NCBI GenBank assembly: GCA_000146045.2
Contig: BK006940.2
Span: forward strand, 128,001-192,000
Direction of reading: 5' to 3'
From: TPA_inf: Saccharomyces
Taxonomy: Eukaryota
DNA length: 64,000 nucleotides
Under the pieces are notes generated by a model. That model was not told the DNA's origin, made no database searches, and saw only the letters and a list, made by a program, of their open reading frames with translations. The translations under genes were made by a program, and so were the position numbers. Every line of letters begins with the position of its first letter. Within the stretch, counting starts at the first letter, position 1. Positions 55,131-64,000 of the stretch are shown here, piece after piece.

Positions 55131-56222
55131 TCACTGGTTACGGGAGCGTAGTGACTGTACTACAAATTCGCACACAAGCAGCGCCCAGTGACGAGTCTCC
55201 GCGGCGTCTAAGTGCCGGAAGTCATCATCCACGGTGTGCCATGTACTTGGGAATGGTAGCGGGATTGCATGTAATACGGGTACTCCGGCGGCCAGGAATG
55301 GCGTGTGGTCGTCTCCGATGACCGAATGCCCGAGCCCTAAAAATCGATAGTCCGTGGGGTCCAGATGTTTGCGTTGACGCGCGACTTCGGCGGCTAATGC
55401 CGATTCGCCGTTGATTTCATCTCCACGTCGAAATAACAAGTCATCCTCTATTCGATTGAGCAGCTGATATTCTTGATGTGTCTCTGCATAGTAGCTGGGC
55501 ACTAGCGGCTCCTCTTCGCCACTTCCTAAAAGATCCAGAAGAAATAATAGGCGAATTCTTGTCATCGTGCCGTCAGCAAGCCATTGGGCGGCTAATCGGC
55601 GTGCTCCATAAATCGAGTCCTCGGGGCCCCACTCTTCAATGGCCTCCTCTCCATCAAAGAATACGATCTTTACACCCAAGGTAGAATTCGATACTACAGT
55701 GTTCGACTCTAAGTCATTGTACTCTTTCGTGCGCTCGTGGCACGCGATGTGCGTTAGGAACTGGGCCGTATATAGCAGCGCGGCACACGAGGCGGCACTG
55801 TCGATAGCGCCCACCATCCCCGTGGGCGCTATCTTGGTATCATAATGAGCAGCGAGCACTAAGTACTCGCTCGCATTGTTTTGTAATGTCATAACAAGGT
55901 TATTGAAGCGGTAACCGTTCTCCTCAAAGGCTTGCGTCTCAACGGCCCATTCTCCCGCCAGCGTATTGTTGAAGTGCTCGATGATGAAGCGCTGGATCTC
56001 GCGCGAGCCTTCCGATCCGGGTACGCGCGTTCTGTTAAAAGGCAACAGCAGGTTCTTGGTACTTTTGTTCCAACCGCTGTCTGGGTTGATAGCTTCGTTC
56101 AGATGCGCTGCATGGTACTGCTCATATGACAACTCCCACCCAGTTACCCTATGCACCTGAAATAGCACCAACAGGTACGCTAGACCAATTAGTCGCAAAG
56201 GCAATACGTACTTCATTCCCAT
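55131..56222 (-). CDS. YFR018C: Secretory-pathway glutaminyl cyclase-like M28-fold protein with N-terminal signal/anchor, 363 aa
   Basis: Signal-anchor MGMKYVLPLRLIGLAYLLVLF. QC-family Zn-ligand region (LVLAAHYDT, FFDGEE, GLGHSVIGDDHTPF). Length matches YFR018C. Confidence 0.82.
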   Translation of the reverse strand: MGMKYVLPLRLIGLAYLLVLFQVHRVTGWELSYEQYHAAHLNEAINPDSGWNKSTKNLLLPFNRTRVPGSEGSREIQRFIIEHFNNTLAGEWAVETQAFEENGYRFNNLVMTLQNNASEYLVLAAHYDTKIAPTGMVGAIDSAASCAALLYTAQFLTHIACHERTKEYNDLESNTVVSNSTLGVKIVFFDGEEAIEEWGPEDSIYGARRLAAQWLADGTMTRIRLLFLLDLLGSGEEEPLVPSYYAETHQEYQLLNRIEDDLLFRRGDEINGESALAAEVARQRKHLDPTDYRFLGLGHSVIGDDHTPFLAAGVPVLHAIPLPFPSTWHTVDDDFRHLDAAETRHWALLVCEFVVQSLRSRNQ

Positions 56223-56501
56223 GCTTACGACCTTTTCAGTCTTTTTATTTCTTTTCTGTTGACTCTCTCTAACTCTCCCTCTCCCCCTCTTCTTCCCATG
56301 AAATGTATCACAAGCCGTCTTATTCCTTTGCTTCTTATATTCTTATGTTCCTTCCTTCGTCTCGCCTCGAAGGCAACGCAAACGCAATGTACTTCTTGAC
56401 GAACGCGAAAACCATATGGAAAGTAAATAAAGGGCCAAACAAAAAACTATTTCGAATAGCAAGGTAGCTTCCATCCTGTACATGCAAGACCGTCACACAG
56501 C

Positions 56502-58224
56502 ATGTCATCGGAAGAACCCCATGCATCTATATCCTTTCCAGATGGCTCACATGTCCGGTCGTCCTCCACTGGTACTTCATCTGTGAACACAATCGATGCT
56601 ACCTTATCCAGACCGAACTATATTAAGAAACCGTCCCTGCACATTATGTCGACATCTACGACGTCGACTACGACGGATCTAGTGACAAACCCAATTCTGA
56701 GCAATATCTCCGTGCCAAAAATAAGCCCCCCCACATCATCCTCGATAGCAACAGCGACATCAACAAGTCACGTGACCGGCACTGCGTCGCATTCGAACAT
56801 TAAAGCTAATGCTAACACTAGTACCAGCGTGAATAAGAAAAATTTGCCGCCAACAACTAGTGGGAGGATACCCTCTAGCACCATCAAGAGATATCCGAGT
56901 CGCTATAAGCCTTCTCACTCGCTGCAGCTGCCCATTAAGAACGACTCCAACTTTAAACGATCTAGCATATATGCCTCCAAATCCACTGTTACTGCTATCC
57001 CCATTAGGAACAATCGGCCAATTTCCATGCAGAATTCCTATGCGCGCACTCCTGACAGCGATCATGACGACGTTGGCGATGAAGTGTCTTCGATAAAGAG
57101 TGCCTCTTCTTCGTTGACCGCATCCCTGTCCAAGAGTTTCCTGTTCGCATTTTATAACAACCGCAAGAAGGACAAGACCAGTAACAATGGTGTCCTCTCA
57201 AAGGAATATTGGATGAAGGACGAGAGTTCTAAAGAATGTTTCAGTTGTGGTAAAACGTTTAACACTTTCAGAAGGAAACACCACTGCAGGATATGCGGCC
57301 AAATTTTTTGCAGCAGTTGCACTCTCTTGATAGATGGTGATCGATTCGGCTGTCATGCCAAGATGCGAGTATGTTACAATTGTTATGAGCATGCAGACAC
57401 ATACGAGGACTCCAGTGATGAAGAGAATGATTCTACAATGCAATTGAATGAGCCAAGGTCTCGCTCTCGCTCTCGTTCTTCCAATACCAATCCATATTCT
57501 CATTCACATTCGCATTTGCATCTCATTTCACAGGACAACCATAACGGTACCGATCTCCATGATCCAGTAGCAGCAACGGATAACCCTCAACAGCAGAATG
57601 AGGTCTACCTATTAAATGACGATGACGTACAAAGTATAATGACCTCAGGTGAAGATTCTAAATTGTTCATTTCTACACCCCCACCACCACCGAAGATGGC
57701 CATCCCAGCAACAAAGCAAGGCGGATCGCTGGAAATCTCATTCGATTCGGAAAACGATAGGGCTTTGCATTATCAAGATGACAACCCCGGTCGCCATCAT
57801 CACCTCGATTCCGTGCCCACAAGGTACACTATCAGAGATATGGACAATATATCACATTACGATACCAACTCTAATTCCACTTTGAGGCCACATTATAACA
57901 CCAATAACAGCACTATTACCATCAACAACCTCAACAACACTACTTCCAACAACAGCAACTATAACAATACCAATAGCAACAGCAACATCAATAATCCTGC
58001 GCATTCCTTAAGAAGGTCTATTTTCCATTATGTAAGCAGCAATAGTGTTAACAAGGACAGTAACAATAGCTCTGCAACACCCGCTTCGTCTGCACAGTCT
58101 TCTTCCATACTGGATCCTGCCAATCGTATTATCGGGAATTATGCTCATAGAAATTACAAGTTTAAATTCAACTACAATTCCAAAGGTCCTTCGCAACAAA
58201 ATGACACGGCAAATGGAAATAATG

Positions 58225-58272
<48 letters not shown>

Positions 58273-61200
58273 GTGCCAGCGGTATTGCTGACAACAATAA
58301 CATTCCCTCAAACGACAATGGCACGACGTTCACTCTAGATAAGAAGAAAAGAAACCCACTGACAAAATCTAAATCTACGTCCGCTTACCTAGAATATCCT
58401 CTAAACGAGGAAGACTCTTCTGAGGACGAAGGTTCCATGTCCATATATTCTGTATTGAATGATGACCATAAAACTGACAATCCAATTAGATCAATGAGGA
58501 ACTCCACAAAATCTTTTCAACGAGCGCAAGCTTCACTACAGCGGATGAGGTTTAGAAGGAAAAGTAAAAGCAAGCATTTTCCCAACAATTCGAAAAGTTC
58601 CATTTATAGAGACTTAAATTTCTTGACCAATAGTACTCCCAATTTACTTTCTGTAGTAAGCGACGATAATCTATACGACGATTCTTCTCCTTTGCAAGAC
58701 AAGGCCTCTTCATCCGCTGCAAGCAGACTCACTGACAGAAAATTCAGCAATAGCAGTGGCAGCAATAATAATAGCAATAGTAATAGCAATATCAACACCG
58801 ATCCTTGGAAGAGAATCGCTAGTATATCGGGATTCAAACTGAAAAAGGAAAAAAAGAGAGAATTAAATGAAGTCTCTCTTTTACATATGCATGCCCTATT
58901 AAAACAATTATTGAATGATCAAGAAATTTCCAATCTTCAAGAATGGATAACCCTTCTAGATGGCGCTTTGCGTAAAGTTTTAAGGACCATCCTGAACGCG
59001 AGGGATTTGAACACATTAGATTTTAGACAAACTTACGTTAAGATAAAAAGAATTAGTGGTGGATCTCCTCAAAATTCAGAATATATCGACGGGGTTGTCT
59101 TTTCGAAAGCATTGCCGTCGAAAACAATGCCACGGCATTTGAAAAACCCAAGGATACTATTAATCATGTTTCCACTGGAGTACCAAAAGAACAATAACCA
59201 CTTTCTAAGTATAGAGTCCGTCTTTAGGCAAGAGCGCGAATATTTGGATAAACTTGTTTCGAGATTAAAGTCATTACATCCTGATATTATATACGTCGGC
59301 GCCAATGTTAGTGGGTACGCGTTAGAACTATTAAATGACTCAGGCATTGTCGTACAGTTTAATATGAAACCACAAGTCATTGAAAGAATTGCCAAGCTAA
59401 CAGAAGCAGATATTGCCATTTCTGTGGATAAGTTGGCTACGAATATTAAGATGGGTGAATGTGAAACTTTTGAAGTTAAAAGCTACATTTATGGAAACAT
59501 CAGTAAAACATATACATTTCTTCGGGGCTGTAACCCAGAACTTGGTGGAACAATTTTGTTAAGAGGTGATAGTCTTGAAAACTTGAGAAAAATCAAACAA
59601 GTCTCTGAATTTATGGTCTACGCAATTTTTTCATTGAAGTTGGAAAGTTCATTTTTTAACGATAATTTCATACAACTTTCTACAGATGTTTATTTGAAGA
59701 GAGCTGAATCCAAAAAACTGCAAGTTTTCGAAGGTTATTTTGCAGATTTCTTGATCAAATTCAATAACAGGATTTTGACTGTATCACCAACGGTAGATTT
59801 CCCCATTCCCTTTTTATTGGAAAAAGCCAGAGGCTTGGAAAAGAAGCTCATAGAAAGGATCAATCAATATGAAAGCGAATCTGATTTAGATCGGCAAACG
59901 CAACTAAATATGCTTCAAGGCTTAGAATCGACTATCACTAAGAAACACTTAGGAAATTTAATAAAATTCCTGCATGAAATGGAAATTGAAAATTTAGAGC
60001 TTGAGTTTCAGAAGAGAAGTCGTCAATGGGAGGTTTCATATTCATCATCACAGAACTTACTTGGTACGGGCTCACACCAGTCTATAACAGTTCTCTACTC
60101 AATGGTTTCAACAAAGACTGCCACACCTTGCGTTGGCCCTCAAATTGTTACTATTGACTATTTTTGGGACAGTGATATTTCCATTGGTCAGTTTATCGAG
60201 AACGTCGTGGGAACTGCCAGGTATCCCTGCCAACAAGGCTGTAATGGTCTGTATTTGGATCATTATAGAAGCTATGTTCATGGGTCAGGAAAAGTAGACG
60301 TTTTAATCGAAAAATTCCAAACTAGATTACCAAAATTAAAAGATATTATCCTCACGTGGAGTTATTGTAAAAAATGTGGGACATCTACTCCGATTTTACA
60401 AATTAGCGAAAAAACCTGGAATCATTCTTTCGGTAAATATTTAGAAGTCATGTTTTGGAGTTACAAAGATAGCGTGACAGGAATTGGGAAATGTCCTCAT
60501 GATTTCACTAAAGATCATGTCAAATACTTTGGTTACAATGATTTAGTGGTTCGACTAGAATATTCTGATTTAGAAGTTCATGAATTGATAACCCCACCAC
60601 GCAAAATAAAATGGAAACCTCATATCGACATCAAACTGAAGGTGGAACTATACTATAAGATTCTGGAAAAGATCAATAATTTCTATGGGAGTGTCCTAAG
60701 TCGGTTGGAACGTATTAAATTGGATAGTATGACTAAAGATAAAGTTCTTAGTGGACAAGCTAAAATTATCGAATTGAAGAGCAATGCTACAGAGGAGCAA
60801 AAATTAATGTTGCAAGACCTGGATACTTTTTACGCAGATAGTCCTTGCGATCAACATTTACCATTGAACCTGGTTATCAAATCTCTATACGATAAGGCTG
60901 TAAATTGGAACTCTACATTTGCGATATTTGCAAAAAGCTATTTGCCTTCTGAAACTGATATTAGTCGTATCACGGCCAAGCAGCTGAAAAAACTGTTTTA
61001 CGATTCTTCAAGAAAAGACAGCGAAGACAAAAAATCACTTCATGATGAAAAGGCGAAGACGAGGAAACCAGAAAAGAACGAATTACCGTTAGAGGGATTG
61101 AAAGATGTCGAAAAGCCGAAAATTGATAGCAAGAATACGACAGAGAATCGTGACAGAACGAACGAACCACAGAATGCCGTGACGATAACCACTTTTAAAG

Positions 61201-63338
61201 ACGACACTCCAATTATTCCAACAAGTGGTACTAGTCACTTGACAGTTACACCTTCTGCATCGTCGGTTTCTTCTTCTTTGACCCCTCAAACCGAAGAACG
61301 TCCGCCAATAAGCAGAAGTGGAACAGGTATATCTATGACTCATGATAAAAGCACTAGACCTAACATAAGAAAAATGAGTAGTGATAGTAGTTTATGTGGA
61401 CTAGCATCACTTGCTAATGAATATAGTAAAAATAATAAGGTGAGTAAGCTAGCTACATTTTTCGATCAAATGCATTTTGATGCCCTGTCGAAAGAATTTG
61501 AACTGGAACGTGAAAGGGAAAGATTACAACTTAATAAGGATAAATACCAAGCCATACGATTACAAACATCCACACCAATTGTGGAAATTTATAAAAATGT
61601 CAAAGACGCAGTTGATGAACCGCTTCACTCTAGAAGTTCAGGCAATAATTTGTCATCTGCGAATGTTAAGACTTTGGAGGCACCTGTGGGAGAACATTCC
61701 CGGGCCAATAATTGTAATCCTCCTAATTTAGATCAAAACTTGGAAACTGAATTAGAAAATTCCATTAGCCAATGGGGAGAAAACATTTTGAACCCCTCTG
61801 GAAAGACCACCGCAAGTACTCATTTAAATTCTAAGCCAGTAGTAAAGGAAACTTCAGAAAATCCAAAGTCAATAGTTAGAGAATCAGATAATTCAAAGTC
61901 GGAGCCGCTTCCACCTGTAATAACAACAACAACTGTCAATAAGGTAGAATCCACTCCACAACCTGAAAAATCATTATTGATGAAAACCTTGAGCAACTTT
62001 TGGGCAGATCGATCTGCGTATTTGTGGAAACCCCTTGTTTATCCAACCTGTCCTTCGGAACACATTTTTACTGATAGTGACGTTATAATCCGCGAAGATG
62101 AACCAAGTTCCTTGATCGCATTTTGCTTAAGTACTTCTGACTATAGAAATAAAATGATGAACTTGAATGTCCAGCAACAACAGCAGCAGCAAACAGCAGA
62201 AGCTGCTCCTGCCAAAACAGGAGGAAACAGTGGAGGAACTACGCAAACCGGGGATCCTTCTGTTAACATTTCTCCCTCAGTTTCTACAACTTCTCATAAT
62301 AAGGGGAGGGACTCAGAAATTTCATCCTTAGTAACCACCAAAGAGGGCTTGTTGAACACCCCTCCCATTGAAGGCGCCCGAGATAGGACCCCACAAGAAT
62401 CACAAACGCATTCCCAAGCAAATTTAGATACTCTTCAAGAATTAGAGAAAATTATGACAAAAAAAACAGCCACACACTTGAGATATCAATTTGAGGAGGG
62501 TTTAACGGTAATGTCATGTAAAATTTTCTTCACAGAACATTTTGACGTGTTTAGAAAGATTTGTGATTGTCAAGAAAACTTCATTCAAAGTTTGTCAAGA
62601 TGTGTTAAATGGGATTCCAATGGGGGGAAAAGTGGGAGCGGGTTTTTAAAGACTTTGGATGATAGATTTATTATAAAGGAGCTGTCACACGCAGAACTGG
62701 AAGCCTTCATAAAATTTGCACCAAGTTATTTTGAATACATGGCACAAGCAATGTTCCATGATTTGCCCACGACTTTGGCTAAAGTATTTGGGTTTTATCA
62801 AATTCAAGTAAAAAGCTCTATTTCAAGTTCCAAAAGTTATAAAATGGACGTTATCATTATGGAGAACTTATTTTATGAGAAGAAAACAACAAGAATATTT
62901 GATTTGAAGGGTTCCATGAGAAATAGACATGTCGAACAAACAGGTAAAGCTAATGAAGTGTTGTTGGATGAAAATATGGTAGAGTATATTTACGAATCAC
63001 CTATTCATGTTCGCGAATATGACAAGAAACTTTTAAGAGCTTCTGTTTGGAACGACACATTATTTTTGGCCAAAATGAATGTGATGGATTATTCCTTAGT
63101 CATTGGTATTGACAATGAAGGGTATACTTTGACAGTAGGAATCATTGATTTCATTCGAACGTTTACATGGGACAAAAAACTAGAAAGTTGGGTCAAAGAG
63201 AAAGGCCTAGTAGGGGGGGCCAGTGTGATCAAGCAGCCTACCGTTGTTACACCAAGACAATATAAAAAACGTTTTAGGGAAGCAATGGAGAGGTATATTT
63301 TGATGGTTCCTGATCCGTGGTATAGGGAAGGAAATTAA
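56502..63338 (+). CDS. FAB1: 1-phosphatidylinositol-3-phosphate 5-kinase (FYVE domain, CCT/TCP1-like chaperonin domain, conserved Cys-rich domain, C-terminal PIPK catalytic domain), 2278 aa
   Basis: FYVE motifs (WMKDESSKECFSCGKTFNTFRRKHHCRICGQIFC), CCT-like middle region, PIPK motifs (GKSGSGFLKTLDDRFIIKE, MDYSLVIGID, IIDFIRTFTWDKKLE). Length matches FAB1. Confidence 0.95.
58218..58270 (+). repeat. (AAT)n trinucleotide microsatellite (~15 pure units) encoding a poly-Asn tract in FAB1
   Basis: aataataat... run, translating to NNDNNNNNNNNNNNNNNNN. Confidence 0.95.
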
Positions 63339-63512
63339 TACATAAACGTGTACAAGTTATATTCTGTAACTTTTTTTTATACACTATCACGCACATTAGT
63401 GTTCTTTAACTTTCAGTACCTTAGTAGTTATCAACTATGAAAAGGTGGTTCAATGAATGTTACGAAAGGTTTATTATAGAAGGATAAGAAGCAAAAATTT
63501 AAAAAAGAAATG

Positions 63513-63613
63513 CGTCACAGACAGGATTCGAACCTGCGCAGGTAAAACCCAATGCCTAATTGCTTTTCTGAGGAAATAGCAGGGCATCGCCTTAACCACT
63601 CGGCCACTGGGAC
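63513..63613 (-). tRNA. tS(GCU)F: tRNA-Ser (GCU) with 19-nt intron, 101 nt
   Basis: The reverse complement gives GTCCCAGTGGCCGAGTGGTTAAGGCGATGCCCTGCTA-[intron TTTCCTCAGAAAAGCAATT]-AGGCATTGGGTTTTACCTGCGCAGGTTCGAATCCTGTCTGTGACG, with a long variable arm typical of a class II Ser tRNA. Confidence 0.85.
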
Positions 63614-63699
63614 AGAATCTCTTGGTTTGTTCAATGAAGTAAACTATTTTGTTGTAAACATAATGGGTATGTTTAACGGCGAGAGAAAACTATGCGAAA

Positions 63700-63830
63700 T
63701 TTGGTATAATTGTTGTGTTTCCATTGTTGTTAAAGGCATTAACACTAAGTTTACAGAACATACTAGAAGTTGTTTTCGGCAACATAGGAATCTACAAAAG
63801 GGGATGGATAATTCTACATAATAATATTAT
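63700..63830 (-). repeat. Degenerate delta LTR remnant upstream of tS(GCU)
   Basis: CCATTGTTGtTAAAGGCaTtAAcActAaGT...TACTAGAAGTTgTtttCGgcaACATAGGAATCtaCAAAAgGGgATgGATAattTCTACATAaTAATATTAtt matches rc-delta with many substitutions. Confidence 0.5.
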
Positions 63831-64000
63831 TATTTCCCCTTTCATTGTTGACATAATGTTATAAATTCGTACTCTATGTTGCTGGTGTGCTTATGAACGC
63901 TACAATCAATTTTTTCATGCATACTTGAGGTAATAAGATGTCGATACTTTTATGGTGTTTATGAACATGGCAATACCCGTTACCACTCGTGTTGGGTGTA

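Noticed and set aside
55022-56160. Multiple 60-100-aa plus-strand ORFs antisense to YFR018C
   Set aside because: Same GC-driven artefact. YFR018C on the minus strand has a coherent signal-anchor plus glutaminyl-cyclase fold.
54050-56300. GC-rich island as horizontally transferred DNA
   Set aside because: Both genes have ordinary fungal homologs (Igd1, glutaminyl cyclase) and sit in conserved synteny next to FAB1. Regional GC heterogeneity is a more economical explanation.

Overview
This window is a well-characterised pericentromeric stretch of Saccharomyces cerevisiae chromosome VI, S288C-like. I recognise the genes by protein sequence, length and order. It runs from the 3' end of BLM10, through the centromere CEN6, to FAB1 and tS(GCU). 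Left arm: SEC4, VTC2, MSH4, tN(GUU), a full-length Ty2 element, SPB4 and DEG1. The Ty2 has identical LTRs, a tRNAiMet primer-binding site and the +1 frameshift heptamer. It sits inside an older solo delta LTR, flanked by a 5-bp GTATA target-site duplication. CEN6 shows CDEI ATCACGTG, an 85-bp AT-rich CDEII and a CDEIII with a CCG core. Right arm: LOC1, NIC96, YPI1, RPN11, SAD1, YFR006W, tF(GAA), YFH7, FAR7, tG(GCC), GCN20, UBP6, MIC19, tY(GUA), DCV1, IOC3, CMK1, GSY1, YFR016C/AIP5, a second tG(GCC), IGD1, YFR018C and FAB1. There are six tRNA genes, and five of them have degenerate delta-LTR remnants just upstream. I found no evidence of an unannotated novel system, because this locus is densely annotated. 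The points worth a second look are these. A perfect 25-bp tandem duplication frameshifts DCV1 and splits what would be one ~466-aa four-TM SUR7-like protein into two ORFs. YFR016C carries a near-perfect 141-bp in-frame tandem duplication. A ~2-kb GC-rich island (~55% GC) covers IGD1 and YFR018C. The tS(GCU) acceptor stem has a C-U mismatch. Exact Rpn4 (PACE) and PAC/RRPE promoter motifs sit where expected. Several coding microsatellites could expand or contract (poly-N in FAB1, poly-Q in FAR7, poly-E in YFR016C).
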